Shown in pieces: positions 18,252 to 28,855 of a DNA stretch of 64,000 bases. Within the stretch, counting starts at the first letter, position 1, and each line of letters begins with the position of its first letter. The stretch is from positions 1 through 64,000 of IMG/VR virus record IMGVR_UViG_3300005573_001035; one strand, 5' to 3'. The notes below the pieces were generated by a model that was given only the letters and a program-made list of their open reading frames with translations, ran no database searches and was not told where the DNA came from. The position numbers were made by a program, and so were the translations under genes. This DNA comes from a virus.

Positions 18252-19015
18252 CTTTCCTCCTTTCTTTGAGCTATGCATCTAAGATATATATCTTTATTAT
18301 CAAAACTGAAATGGGGATCAATGGATTGGACTTGGAAATGATTCTCAAGTTCTACATAGTATCTGATAAGAGAAGGAGTCCAAATAGATTTGTGCATATC
18401 CAGCGGAGATCCATCATGGGGATATATTTCTGTGGTTAAAGTAATGTATGTTCTCATGAATTCCAAAGGAGATAGCCTCTCAAAATTTTCATCTAAGTAG
18501 ATTAGTTTCTTATACAATTCTATATGGTTGGGAACGATAATATCTAGAATCGCGTTATTGTTACAAACTTTTGAAATTAGATACAATAAGAAATCTAGTT
18601 CTCGAAATGAGATATGTTCAAGGACTCTATAACAAATTACGTAATCAAATTTTATTGTTGTTTGTTGCAAGTAGGTAACGATATCTTTTGAAACTAATTT
18701 TACATACTTGGGTACTTCGAGCTCTGGTGCATTGGGGCTTCCATATGATAGATCAACACATATAATTTGTAAATCTTCGTAAGAATCGAGAAAGCTTCTT
18801 AGGTTACTCGGCAAGAACTCTGATCCAGCTCCCAGATTTAGAACCCGGAATTTTTCTAGAGGTTTGTTTCTTCTCGCTATTTCCTCTGGAGAGATAGACT
18901 TAGCGCACTTAGGGCAGTATCTCCAACCAGCTGCTTTACATGTATCGCAAAGGGGAGCAGATTGTGGATCTTCTATTTCTCTATTGCACACCGCACAGAG
19001 TTTATCTTTCGACAT
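18248..19015 (-). CDS. Class I SAM methyltransferase with N-terminal Cys Zn-finger
   Basis: Three CxxC pairs, then VLNLGAG, CVDL, FDYVICYRVLEH and IIVPN. Confidence 0.8.
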   Translation of the reverse strand: MSKDKLCAVCNREIEDPQSAPLCDTCKAAGWRYCPKCAKSISPEEIARRNKPLEKFRVLNLGAGSEFLPSNLRSFLDSYEDLQIICVDLSYGSPNAPELEVPKYVKLVSKDIVTYLQQTTIKFDYVICYRVLEHISFRELDFLLYLISKVCNNNAILDIIVPNHIELYKKLIYLDENFERLSPLEFMRTYITLTTEIYPHDGSPLDMHKSIWTPSLIRYYVELENHFQVQSIDPHFSFDNKDIYLRCIAQRKEER

Positions 19016-19042
19016 ATCTCTTCGAACCTCGAAAGTTTTCTA

Positions 19043-19639
19043 CTAAAGACTCTGTACAATCTTTGATAATCTGGAAAAGATTGAGTTCAATTGTTTTAGT
19101 TCTGTTATCCTGATGCTTCTATCATTGGAATAATTCTGGTTCCATGGTCTAGACATAATAATGGCAAAGTTGTTAGGGTCTGCTTGAATGAAAGAATCTA
19201 GATACTTGGGATTATCTTCCACAAGAACATTTAAGGAAAGTGCGTTTACGATTGATGCTTTATCTCCTTCTTTATGACGACTAGAAAGAACCAAACATTT
19301 TCCTAGACCGTATTCCTTTAGCCACTTATTCACAGGTCCAATGTAGGACCTGGAAGTGACAATCACAGGAATATAACTAGCTGAGATAATATTTCGGACG
19401 TAATCAATATTTTCTTCGTATGGTTTAGAAGAAGAGGTTTCTTGTAGGGCAGTATCAATAATTTTATCATACGTGGAAGAATCAATTTCAGAGAACCAGT
19501 TGGTAAAATAGAAATCTTTTGGTGGTTCATCTGGAATGTTAACATTAAACTTTTTACAAACTTCTCGAACGGTGCTAGCAAAATCCAAAAGAACCCCATC
19601 GAAGTCAAAGCATACGGGAAAAAATTTGGAATGTTTCAT
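19043..19639 (-). CDS. HAD-superfamily 5'(3')-nucleotidase-like protein
   Basis: FDFDGVL, IVTSR, K...LVEDNP, RPWN. Confidence 0.85.
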   Translation of the reverse strand: MKHSKFFPVCFDFDGVLLDFASTVREVCKKFNVNIPDEPPKDFYFTNWFSEIDSSTYDKIIDTALQETSSSKPYEENIDYVRNIISASYIPVIVTSRSYIGPVNKWLKEYGLGKCLVLSSRHKEGDKASIVNALSLNVLVEDNPKYLDSFIQADPNNFAIIMSRPWNQNYSNDRSIRITELKQLNSIFSRLSKIVQSL

Positions 19640-19648
19640 TTTTGATAT

Positions 19649-20491
19649 CTAGCTCCTTTCTAACATATCCATCCATGAAAAGAACTCGCTCAGAATAGAG
19701 TCTACAAAGGGCTTAGCGTATGTTTTATAATACCACCACTTATCGATGTTAGATATATGTATAGCAGAACTAGAATCTTGGCTAATTAGATCTTTGCTAA
19801 TTGCTATTCTGGTTCCTCCTTCAATAACAAGGTCGACTTTATTGTCTGATCTAGGAATCATGAAGAAAGTTATATCTTCGTTTCCCAAGATCTTTTCTAT
19901 AATCATATGAGTTGAGTTAAGAATATTCGTCGTTATGGAAAAATCAATATCTGCAAATAAATCTAGAACTTTTTGCATTGCATCATAGACTTTTATGCCT
20001 TTAACAACAACCTTCTCGTTTCTAGGAGTTTTCTTCTGGTCAATAACTCCTAGATACATTCTTCTGCTAGGAGAAAGAATAAGAACTCGAAACGCATAAT
20101 CAATTTTTAAGATAACAGGAGAGAGATTTGTAGTGAATTGAAGGGGCCTAGTACATATGAATCCATCAAAACTTCTTGCAATGATTTCATCTTCTTGAAC
20201 ATTGTTTATCTTTTGGTAGTATTGGAGAGCATTTCTAACTGCTAGTTGGATCTTTTTCACAAGACCTGGATTTTTCTTTTCTAGTAATCCAATTTGAATT
20301 AACCTATGTTTCTTATCCAAGTTATCTAATTGAGATACATCGTATCCTAAGGCTTTTAGAATATTGTAATTGCAGGATTGGATATCATAGTAATAACAAT
20401 CAGAATGGATTAGAAGATAAGGCGAGTTAATTCTCACTTCATTCATTCTCCTTATTGAAAAGAGAGAGGAGAGAGAGTTAGTTTCTCTCAT
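19649..20491 (-). CDS. Small divergent family-B polymerase-like palm protein
   Basis: YYDIQSCNYNIL (motif A-like), KHRLIQIG, IIARSFDGFI (motif C-like), VVKGI; no exonuclease domain. Confidence 0.5.
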   Translation of the reverse strand: MRETNSLSSLFSIRRMNEVRINSPYLLIHSDCYYYDIQSCNYNILKALGYDVSQLDNLDKKHRLIQIGLLEKKNPGLVKKIQLAVRNALQYYQKINNVQEDEIIARSFDGFICTRPLQFTTNLSPVILKIDYAFRVLILSPSRRMYLGVIDQKKTPRNEKVVVKGIKVYDAMQKVLDLFADIDFSITTNILNSTHMIIEKILGNEDITFFMIPRSDNKVDLVIEGGTRIAISKDLISQDSSSAIHISNIDKWWYYKTYAKPFVDSILSEFFSWMDMLERS

Positions 20492-20510
20492 CTCTCTTTT
20501 TCAAATAATT

Positions 20511-21350
20511 CTATTTCAAAAAGATAGATGCTACCATATCTACAACCAGAATATGGTTAACATCTTTGCTCTTAAGCTGATTGCTTGCGAGATCTATAAG
20601 ATTTTCTCTTAGTGTTTTAGTTAGATCCAATCTAGAAAGGAGATGTCCGTATTTTGTTTTAAGCACATTGTGCATTTCCACATCGCCAGACAGAAGATCC
20701 ATTGTTACAGCATTAAGTCGATTTATCTGGCTCTCACTGGGATCAGCAAATCGAAGATCAATGTCAGGCTTAATCTTAAAAGTCACCGGCTGGTGATAGC
20801 AGATATAATTGCCTTCCAGTTCAATTAGAGGAGAATGTATAATTTTGTTAGGTAGAATGTAGGACCTAATGCACATGTTATCTGACTTTTTCGTTATAAT
20901 ATGAAAGTTCCGATCTCCAAGTGCCTTGAAAAAGCAACACGGATAATCTGGAACCATGATCTCATCCGTTCTCTTAATGAAGAACACCTCTTTCTTCCCG
21001 GCTTTTTGGATTGTGAAAATTACACAGCTTCTAGGATCAATTCCAGGAATCTCAAATTTTACAAGCTTAATTTCGTTATCTGGAGGAAGGTTTCCTCCAC
21101 TTAGCAATACTTGGGACTTAATCCAATCATAGAACGAAGTGCATTTAATAGGCGATACATTCTGTTCTACCACCATCTCTAGTCCCTCCTCTTGGTTTTC
21201 TGATATCGAACTAAGTTGCTCTTCTATAATTTCCGTTTCTATTTTTGAGGTCTCGTCATTGCTTAACTGGTTGGTAGGTGTTGTGATGGTTCTTTCGGGT
21301 TGATTCTGGGTTTCTGCCATCTTCTTCACTAGGCTTGACAAATCTACCAT
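20511..21350 (-). CDS. Hypothetical protein
   Basis: Likely start MVDLSS at 21350 (SD AAGGAGG); acidic low-complexity N-terminus. Confidence 0.7.
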   Translation of the reverse strand: MVDLSSLVKKMAETQNQPERTITTPTNQLSNDETSKIETEIIEEQLSSISENQEEGLEMVVEQNVSPIKCTSFYDWIKSQVLLSGGNLPPDNEIKLVKFEIPGIDPRSCVIFTIQKAGKKEVFFIKRTDEIMVPDYPCCFFKALGDRNFHIITKKSDNMCIRSYILPNKIIHSPLIELEGNYICYHQPVTFKIKPDIDLRFADPSESQINRLNAVTMDLLSGDVEMHNVLKTKYGHLLSRLDLTKTLRENLIDLASNQLKSKDVNHILVVDMVASIFLK

Positions 21351-21388
21351 CGTCCTTCCTCCTTCTTCTTTTTTCTTTCTTCGTGATA

Positions 21389-22258
21389 TCATAATAGCAT
21401 GTTCAATAGAAATTCGCTCCTAACTTTGGGACTAGAGGCGATAGATGCCACTGCAGTACTTTTATGAATTGATTCTTCGTGTCTACATACTACCACCCAA
21501 TCTTTGATCCTAGAATCTGATTTCAGTGTGTTGCTAATTGATCGAACGGAATCTTCTACAAATTGGCAATTTTGTTTTGCAATCTTTGAAATCATGTACT
21601 CATCGATCCTTGTTACGATAGGATATGTGGTAGTTACGACAGATTGCTCAACCGCTTGAACCAAGTCCTCTAACCAAACGATATTAGGTAGATTTATATG
21701 AGCCCAGACTGTAGCGAAAGATCTTTGCGCATGAGGAAATCCCTTCTCGCCCATCTCACATAACTCTGCCGAACATGGGCAATAAGATGCGTATTGAACG
21801 GTAACTCCTTCATAGAAATCAAACTGGTCTCCTCCCTCTAGCACCCCCGTAAACCAGCAAGGGTAGAATTCTGGAAAAACATGCCCTGAGACAGGAGATG
21901 ACTTGTAATATGGTAAATGAAAACGAAACGTTAACGAGAACTTTCTTGCCGAAGGATTGACCTTGGTCTGAAATTCTTGAAGTATTTCTCTAATAAGATG
22001 GTTTTTGAGCGGCTTTTCTAAAAAAGGTTCAATCGTTCGCAAAAAACGAGACATAGAAATTCCCCTGGTATCTTTGTCCAGATCTGATGTCATGGTAACA
22101 TTCGCCAATAAGTTTACTTGTTTTCCAAACTTTGTATATAAGCTAAACATAAGATTTACATCTGAGACTCCAACATGATCAATTTCAAGCCTATAGTTTG
22201 GTTTGGTCGATTCTTGCACATCTGGAAGATCTTCTTTAGTTTTGTCACATACTAGCAT
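21389..22258 (-). CDS. folE2: GTP cyclohydrolase IB
   Basis: LPDVQ, IDHVGV, RGISMSRF, YCPCS, HAQRS, FVEDSVR, HEESIH. Confidence 0.92.
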   Translation of the reverse strand: MLVCDKTKEDLPDVQESTKPNYRLEIDHVGVSDVNLMFSLYTKFGKQVNLLANVTMTSDLDKDTRGISMSRFLRTIEPFLEKPLKNHLIREILQEFQTKVNPSARKFSLTFRFHLPYYKSSPVSGHVFPEFYPCWFTGVLEGGDQFDFYEGVTVQYASYCPCSAELCEMGEKGFPHAQRSFATVWAHINLPNIVWLEDLVQAVEQSVVTTTYPIVTRIDEYMISKIAKQNCQFVEDSVRSISNTLKSDSRIKDWVVVCRHEESIHKSTAVASIASSPKVRSEFLLNMLL

Positions 22259-22288
22259 TAGAATCTATCTCCCTCCCCCTTTGGTTTT

Positions 22289-22981
22289 CTATTTTTCCTT
22301 TGCTAGTAACCACCAAGAAAGATTAAATCCACTATCTTTTCTATGTATATGAACTCGAAAATCACAACCAAATGCTTCTAGCAACTCATTGTAAGCCTCC
22401 TGAAAAGTACCTAACTCTGGAGTCAAAAGAGGAAGCATTTTTCTAGAAATTTCATGTTCCAATCCAGACCCAGTGCCAAGTTTCTCTCCAAATTGTGTCG
22501 CTATCTTAAAACGATAATAAGCAGAGAAAATTCGATTCTCAAAGGTATCTTCACTAAGCAAGAAAATAGATTCTGTTTGGGGCGATGTATCTATGTAAGG
22601 ATATTTTCTAATATCAAATAAGAGACAGGTAGCAATAAGATCCATTACCGCCCACTGGAATAATCTGAATTGAGCAATCTGCTTGTCTGAGCTACCGTTA
22701 ATTTCTTGTGGATATGTTTCGTATCTACAATCTAGTTGCTCAACTAAAAGCATTAGCATAATAGATTTACAAATACTCAAGGTAGAAACTTCGGATAGCA
22801 ACTTAGGGACATAAAGTATATGTCCTTGTTCTAGATCAGAACTAAATGTGATAATATTGCCATCATATTTCTTGGGTATGACTGGCATTACTAGATCATC
22901 TTTAAGATTAAACAAGAAGCGAGTTTCCTCTGGAATATTTGCACTAATATAAAGATCTGTTTCTATCTGTTCCGCGCTCAT
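22289..22981 (-). CDS. Hypothetical protein coupled to RNAP beta (set 1)
   Basis: ATGA overlap with the beta stop codon; no recognisable motif. Confidence 0.65.
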   Translation of the reverse strand: MSAEQIETDLYISANIPEETRFLFNLKDDLVMPVIPKKYDGNIITFSSDLEQGHILYVPKLLSEVSTLSICKSIMLMLLVEQLDCRYETYPQEINGSSDKQIAQFRLFQWAVMDLIATCLLFDIRKYPYIDTSPQTESIFLLSEDTFENRIFSAYYRFKIATQFGEKLGTGSGLEHEISRKMLPLLTPELGTFQEAYNELLEAFGCDFRVHIHRKDSGFNLSWWLLAKEK

Positions 22982-25962
22982 GGTTGAACCCCTAACACTT
23001 TTAGATAGCCTTCTAGAAGACGAAGGCTTTCCGGTTTTTGATCTTCCGGTATCGTAAACTCATCTTCGTTGTCTCCTCCTTGGATGGTTTCATATAGCCA
23101 TTTGTTCTTTAGATCAATAGCATCAGACTTTATTGTTAGACATTCTCTAAGGTTGGAAATTCCATCCATGGCAATCATTGCTCGAACTTCCATCTCTCCC
23201 AATCTTTGACCACCACCTTTGCTTCTCCCAGACGTAGGTTGGAGGGTTTTCCTGACATATGACCCCACGCATCGAGCTGACAACTTTGTTTCTGCCATGT
23301 GGATAACCTTTAACCAATAACAATAACCCACAGCAATAGGATTATCGAAGTAAGATCCAAGCTTTGGATCATAAACAGGATACTCAAATTTGCTCCTGGT
23401 ATATTTCATTGCTTTTGTTAGGTTCTTATAAGAGGTGGTTCGAAAGGGTGGTTCTATGATAACTAAAGAATCAATAAGATCAGCATCCAGGGATCTGCTA
23501 TCAAGAAGTTCTTGGATATGATCAACGACAAATTTTTCCGGGGTTTCATCTACGATGGAATAAAATTTTAGAATGTACTTTTTGATTGATTCTGGGTTGA
23601 TCCCTTTTTCTAACATTCGTTTTGCTCTTTGTTTTAGCTCATATAGAGCCATACCAAGATGCAATTCAAAAAGCTGACCAATGTTCATCCTTGAGATAAT
23701 TCCTAGAGGATTAATAATGATGTCCAGTTTTCTTCCGTCCGGAAGTTGTGGGGTTTCGTCTTCGGATATAATTGTAGATATGACGCCTTTGTTTCCATGA
23801 CGGTTTACCAACTTGTCTCCCACAGAAATTTCCCTAAAGAATATCGCCTTGAGTTCTACAAGGAGACCATCTAATTTCTCTCCTTTGATTCTATAATCTA
23901 GTTTGCCTTTGCTTGGTAACCCAGTGAGCAGAGGATGGATCTTAGAGACCTCTTTAATTTCTTCTTTAGATACAATGTTCTTCAGTTCTTTTTCGATTCT
24001 AGATCGGTCTTTCTTTTGCTTTGCAATTTGAGTTTGGACCCAGAAATCGTATTCTGGAATACTTTTATTCCAACTATTGGCATAGATTCTTCTATGATAA
24101 ATCATAATTTGCTTTGGAAAAGACAAGTTCTTATCTTCCTGAAATATCTTATTGAATTGCATAGGATTCTTAGGGATAACTTTCATCTTAGCATACGGTT
24201 GGTTTGGTTTTAGAGCCTCTCCTAGATCAGGAATTGGTTTGTACTCATCTTCAACCAGAGATAGAAGTGTAGCATTTTCCGGAACGATAAAAGATAGATC
24301 CACGCAATGAACGGATTTCAATTTATTTTCTTTAACTACCTTCTCAGAAATAACAATGGCATCTTCGTAATTATAACCATAATAGATGGCAATTCCTGTC
24401 AGTAGGTTCTTTCCTAAACAAATCGTTCTGTTCTTTAAGAAGTTGCTTTCTGCAATTATGTCGTCTTTCTTAACTCGGTCTCCGACTCTGACTTTGATAT
24501 CCATGTAATCTATACATTCAGAATATGTATTTCTTGGTGCAACATCAATGATATCTAACTCCCCGGTATCATATCTAACCAGAACGATATAATTATCTAC
24601 GTAGATAACTTCTCCATCTCCCTTGCTTAGTTTTAGGTAAGATGTATAATGCGAATAATTTGTTTCACACCCAGTTTGGATAAATGCTGGCTCCGGTTCT
24701 AGGAGCATAATAGCTTGTCTCATTTGAGAACTTGCCATCTGGAGCCTAGTTTGGTCATTTTTATCTAAGAATGGAACCATAGATACCGTGATTGAGATTG
24801 ATTGGTTACAGGGTTTTGATAGTTGTCTCTTCTCATCAAATTGAACTTTATTACAAAAACTTTGAACAATTCCACAATTATCTCTATCAGGAGTATCTAC
24901 GGGACAAACTCGTCCAAACATTGAGTCATGAATGTCTCGAACTTCTTTTGGAACACTAATCCTTCTATATGCCAATGGACCAATAACTGAAAAGCGAGTT
25001 AGTTCAGAAAGTTCATAAATTGGATTATAGAATGTATCACTTTGAATAATCTCACTTACATTACATTCAGAAATGATATGACTCGAGTTAACTGAGAATT
25101 TAGGTTTGTCAGTTTTTCGATTCGTTAAGCAAAACTGGAAAATGTTATTTGCAATGGGGGCTGTAATAAAGTATTCTATTCCTCGGATTCTTTTATTTTC
25201 GAAATTAAGGTGGTCTATAACTGGCCATCCGTTCTTGAGATGCTCGATAATGTGCTCCATAATTGACCCATTCTTAAAGAATGGTCGATTGTATAGATCA
25301 ATTCTCAGGGCTGTGTTAAGAGCATAGATAATATTTTCCCCCTTATCTTGGGCATTGTACTTAGCATAGTGCCTCCCAATGTCTTTAAGCAATAATTCGT
25401 AGTCCCCATTAGAATCTTCATAGTATGCTTTTAGTTCATCTATGAACTGAGTATATAATTCGTTTCCTGATTGGTCGTAGTTATCGATAAGATCTTTCGC
25501 CTTCTCATAACCCATCCACGCTAAAGAGAGAAGGCTCAGGGGAATACTTTTGCCAAAGATAAGTACACTGCTTGGTGTTGCTTGTATTTGCAGCGTATTT
25601 GTAACTATCCATAGAGTATTGCCTTTTGTAATGGTAGGTACATCTACTAACTGAAATCTTGGTAGTTTTCTTTTTCCATTTACTATGAGATAGTTATTAT
25701 CTACTAGTTTGGGAATTGTCACTGAAAGATTAATTGTCGCGCCTCTTCCTTCTAAAATAATTACAAGGTTACTTTTCTTAGTCGGTGCTAATTCTATAAA
25801 GGTTTCCCTTGGTTCTTTGATATCCAGTTCTCTAATTGTATATCCTAGTTCTTCGCATGGAATAAGCATTTCTCTAACATCATCAAGGATCTTGTTATAA
25901 TCATACTGCTTTAAATAGTATGTGGTTATCTCACCATCGAAAATAGGATCTTTTACTCCCAT
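22978..25962 (-). CDS. rpoB: Multisubunit RNA polymerase beta-like subunit (set 1)
   Basis: GRVCPVDTPD, RLQMASSQMRQA, GYNYEDAIVIS, GDKLVNRHGNKG, NPLGIISRMNIGQ, GGQRLGEME. Confidence 0.95.
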   Translation of the reverse strand: MGVKDPIFDGEITTYYLKQYDYNKILDDVREMLIPCEELGYTIRELDIKEPRETFIELAPTKKSNLVIILEGRGATINLSVTIPKLVDNNYLIVNGKRKLPRFQLVDVPTITKGNTLWIVTNTLQIQATPSSVLIFGKSIPLSLLSLAWMGYEKAKDLIDNYDQSGNELYTQFIDELKAYYEDSNGDYELLLKDIGRHYAKYNAQDKGENIIYALNTALRIDLYNRPFFKNGSIMEHIIEHLKNGWPVIDHLNFENKRIRGIEYFITAPIANNIFQFCLTNRKTDKPKFSVNSSHIISECNVSEIIQSDTFYNPIYELSELTRFSVIGPLAYRRISVPKEVRDIHDSMFGRVCPVDTPDRDNCGIVQSFCNKVQFDEKRQLSKPCNQSISITVSMVPFLDKNDQTRLQMASSQMRQAIMLLEPEPAFIQTGCETNYSHYTSYLKLSKGDGEVIYVDNYIVLVRYDTGELDIIDVAPRNTYSECIDYMDIKVRVGDRVKKDDIIAESNFLKNRTICLGKNLLTGIAIYYGYNYEDAIVISEKVVKENKLKSVHCVDLSFIVPENATLLSLVEDEYKPIPDLGEALKPNQPYAKMKVIPKNPMQFNKIFQEDKNLSFPKQIMIYHRRIYANSWNKSIPEYDFWVQTQIAKQKKDRSRIEKELKNIVSKEEIKEVSKIHPLLTGLPSKGKLDYRIKGEKLDGLLVELKAIFFREISVGDKLVNRHGNKGVISTIISEDETPQLPDGRKLDIIINPLGIISRMNIGQLFELHLGMALYELKQRAKRMLEKGINPESIKKYILKFYSIVDETPEKFVVDHIQELLDSRSLDADLIDSLVIIEPPFRTTSYKNLTKAMKYTRSKFEYPVYDPKLGSYFDNPIAVGYCYWLKVIHMAETKLSARCVGSYVRKTLQPTSGRSKGGGQRLGEMEVRAMIAMDGISNLRECLTIKSDAIDLKNKWLYETIQGGDNEDEFTIPEDQKPESLRLLEGYLKVLGVQP

Positions 25963-25975
25963 CTCCCCTCCTTCC

Positions 25976-28720
25976 TTAGCGCTCTTCTCTCATATTGAAG
26001 AACAAAACCTGGTCAACAACTCCATGATATCCTCTCGAACTGGTCAAACTCTTAATGATATGTAAAGATGGTCGAGAAAATGCTAGACCCAACAAGTACG
26101 ATTCTTTGCTAGGAATTTTCTGGATACTAATTAATGACATTGGTACATTGTCTCGATCTGGGAGTGTTCGCCACTTAGTTTCTCCGGCCCAAGCCATTTG
26201 GCATACTACACACTCAAAATGGATTAGGAGCAACTTTCTTCTAGATACATAGATGGAAAACAATTTCTTAACTACTTGGGCAGGAGTGAAGTTATCTGGA
26301 TGGTGCAATATATACGATATCGCTGGTAGTTCAGACGCTATATCATATTGCCTAACCTTCTCAGAAGATTCTTTCTTAGAACCTCGAATATTAGCAACTC
26401 CGCTGGTATGGAATGTTCTAAGAATTAGCTGAGTATTGCACTCGCCCAGAGATTGAGCGGCGATTGCTCCAATATAAGGGCTGTGTAATTTGCTTGCTAA
26501 GGTCCCGTAGCAAGTCTTGCAAATTTTGAGAGATTTACAATAGATTGGTGATCGAAGATAGATTGTTTTTCCTACGATGTCTGGTAGTCTGTCTCTAGTA
26601 ACTTCTAACAAGTTGACATCTGAAAGAGAGAACTTGAAGAATCTTCCAATCAAAGAGCTAGCTAACTCATTAGAATCAATAGAAAGCTCCAAGTAATCAT
26701 TTGTCCCGCAGTCATCCAAATTCAGATCTAGTTCTAGATTGATACAAGCAAAGTCCAATTGCCTACTTAGATAACCTGAGTTACCAGTATTTAAAGCAAC
26801 GTCTAAAAGCCCCTTTCGAACACCGTACGTTGATGTGAAGAATTCTTCTGGAGATAATCCTTCAGTTAGGCACTTGACTACGGGTCTCTCAACAATCTCA
26901 CCAGCAAAATTAGATACATACCCTCGACTCAAGATTAACTGGCGGGCTTGTTCCCAGCTTCCTCGACTTCCAGAATCTATAATAGATGAGTAAGGAAAGA
27001 TGTCTTGAATTTTTTGTTTTATTTCGTTGCTTTGTAGGGCTTGAAGTTGAGCTGAGATTACTTCCGAAGAGTTTGCTTGGTGTTGCAAATTAGTTCCATA
27101 GATTGAATCTCGAATTGGTACTAAATCTGAGTAATTGAACCCTTTGAGAGACATAGTTGTACCATTCTTGGTACTAACAAAAAATCCTAGGTCTTTACTG
27201 CGTTCTAATACATCTACTACAACTTCTGGGGGATAGCTATTTTTAAGAGCGTCTAGGATTTGGAGGAGTTTCTTCTTGGTAATAGGCTCATTAACAAGGG
27301 GAAAATCTGGAGGGAGAATTTGATTGAACTTTGCTCGACCCTCAGTTATATTCTCCCCTTTACAAAGAACTTTGTTGCCATCTTCATTCTTCGTTAGAAG
27401 GAATAGACCAAGAACAATGTCTTGATTGGGAACAAATGAGATTGAATCATCTGCTGGATTTTGAATATTAGCGAAGCATGAAAATTTAGTTTCAACCTCC
27501 TTTTTGGATTCTTTTAGAACTGGGGCATAGATCGCCATCTGGTCCCCATCAAAGTCAGCATTATACGGATTGCAAACAAGGGGATGAATCTTAATAACTG
27601 GCTCTTTATGAACTTTGATCTTAAATCCAAGGATACTTAGGCGATGTAAACTAGGTTGGCGATTTAGTAGAACGTACTCGCCCTCTGCCAATTGTTGGCA
27701 TATTGGAAAGAGAGAAGTATCGTTTTTAGCAATACATTCATCAATTAGATCTAGGGCTAAATTTAGGTTGCTCGATTTGCCCTTATGATATAAGAATTTT
27801 GCAACCTTCAATTTCCATATTTCTAAGAATACTAAGTAGGGAATGGAACAAGTTCCAAATTCTAGAGTTGGATCTGGGACAATGACACATCTTCCAGAAA
27901 AATCAATTCTTTTACCAAGGATATTATTTCTAATGATGCCTTTCTTCTTCGATAATTTTGTTAGAATATTTCGATATAAGGCGAAATATGCTTTCTGTAA
28001 CTTATTGAAGTACTGGCGATATAGTTTTGGATCGTTTCTTATATTGACAATTGTGGACGAAATGGCTTCCTTGGTGGTTAGAATTGATAGGTAATGCTGG
28101 TTAATTTCATCTAAGACTTGGTTCCTAACTGACCCTACAAACATAATTGGTCGAAGTTCTGGAGGGAGGACTATGACCTTATCTACGAATAGTTTGTCTA
28201 GATTTTTGGTGACTTTTTGAAATAGGGAACTATGCTCAGCGTATGAAGGAGAGAAAATAAACTGGACTAATTTGTAAATCGCCTCCAGGTGTTCGTAATA
28301 TGTTACACCAGGTGGAACAAGACTTTTCTGAGTAACAACGTAAGAATCTTCATCTTCCGCATATAAGACATAATCTTCCTTATAAAGCAACGTATCAATA
28401 TTCTTTGAGATTCTGGTTCCTACTAGGTTTTTGATCCAATCGTAGAAAACTGGATTAACCACTTTGAAGGGAAGAGTTATTTTTGCAAATCTTTTTCTCC
28501 TTTCGTCGGAGGATACAATATCTACTCCGCAAGCTGGACATTGCTTGCCTTCATGTGCGGCAGTGTAGAAAATCCCGCATTGGCAGGTGTAGCTAGTTAC
28601 TGGGCCGAAGATTTGCTCCGAAAAAAGACCTCTAGGACTGAACTTGTTCTTTTGAATAAATTGTGCTGTCTCGACTTCTGGTAGATCTGAACAAAAGGTA
28701 TCGATATCAAGAAGATCCAT
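25976..28720 (-). CDS. rpoC: Multisubunit RNA polymerase beta'-like subunit (set 1)
   Basis: GLFSEQIFGP, Zn-binding CQCG...CPAC, LGKRIDFSGR, NRQPSLH, catalytic NADFDGD, GECNTQLILRTFH. Likely start 28720. Confidence 0.96.
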   Translation of the reverse strand: MDLLDIDTFCSDLPEVETAQFIQKNKFSPRGLFSEQIFGPVTSYTCQCGIFYTAAHEGKQCPACGVDIVSSDERRKRFAKITLPFKVVNPVFYDWIKNLVGTRISKNIDTLLYKEDYVLYAEDEDSYVVTQKSLVPPGVTYYEHLEAIYKLVQFIFSPSYAEHSSLFQKVTKNLDKLFVDKVIVLPPELRPIMFVGSVRNQVLDEINQHYLSILTTKEAISSTIVNIRNDPKLYRQYFNKLQKAYFALYRNILTKLSKKKGIIRNNILGKRIDFSGRCVIVPDPTLEFGTCSIPYLVFLEIWKLKVAKFLYHKGKSSNLNLALDLIDECIAKNDTSLFPICQQLAEGEYVLLNRQPSLHRLSILGFKIKVHKEPVIKIHPLVCNPYNADFDGDQMAIYAPVLKESKKEVETKFSCFANIQNPADDSISFVPNQDIVLGLFLLTKNEDGNKVLCKGENITEGRAKFNQILPPDFPLVNEPITKKKLLQILDALKNSYPPEVVVDVLERSKDLGFFVSTKNGTTMSLKGFNYSDLVPIRDSIYGTNLQHQANSSEVISAQLQALQSNEIKQKIQDIFPYSSIIDSGSRGSWEQARQLILSRGYVSNFAGEIVERPVVKCLTEGLSPEEFFTSTYGVRKGLLDVALNTGNSGYLSRQLDFACINLELDLNLDDCGTNDYLELSIDSNELASSLIGRFFKFSLSDVNLLEVTRDRLPDIVGKTIYLRSPIYCKSLKICKTCYGTLASKLHSPYIGAIAAQSLGECNTQLILRTFHTSGVANIRGSKKESSEKVRQYDIASELPAISYILHHPDNFTPAQVVKKLFSIYVSRRKLLLIHFECVVCQMAWAGETKWRTLPDRDNVPMSLISIQKIPSKESYLLGLAFSRPSLHIIKSLTSSRGYHGVVDQVLFFNMREER

Positions 28721-28855
28721 CTTCCCTCCTCTCCTATGCATGAGTTTATAGACATTCCCTCAAATCAAAGTACGTTTCTGAATAAGAAGAGGAACTTCTT
28801 GCTTTCTAGCCCTTCCCACATTGCGAGGATATTATAATATACCCCTGTACAAAAA

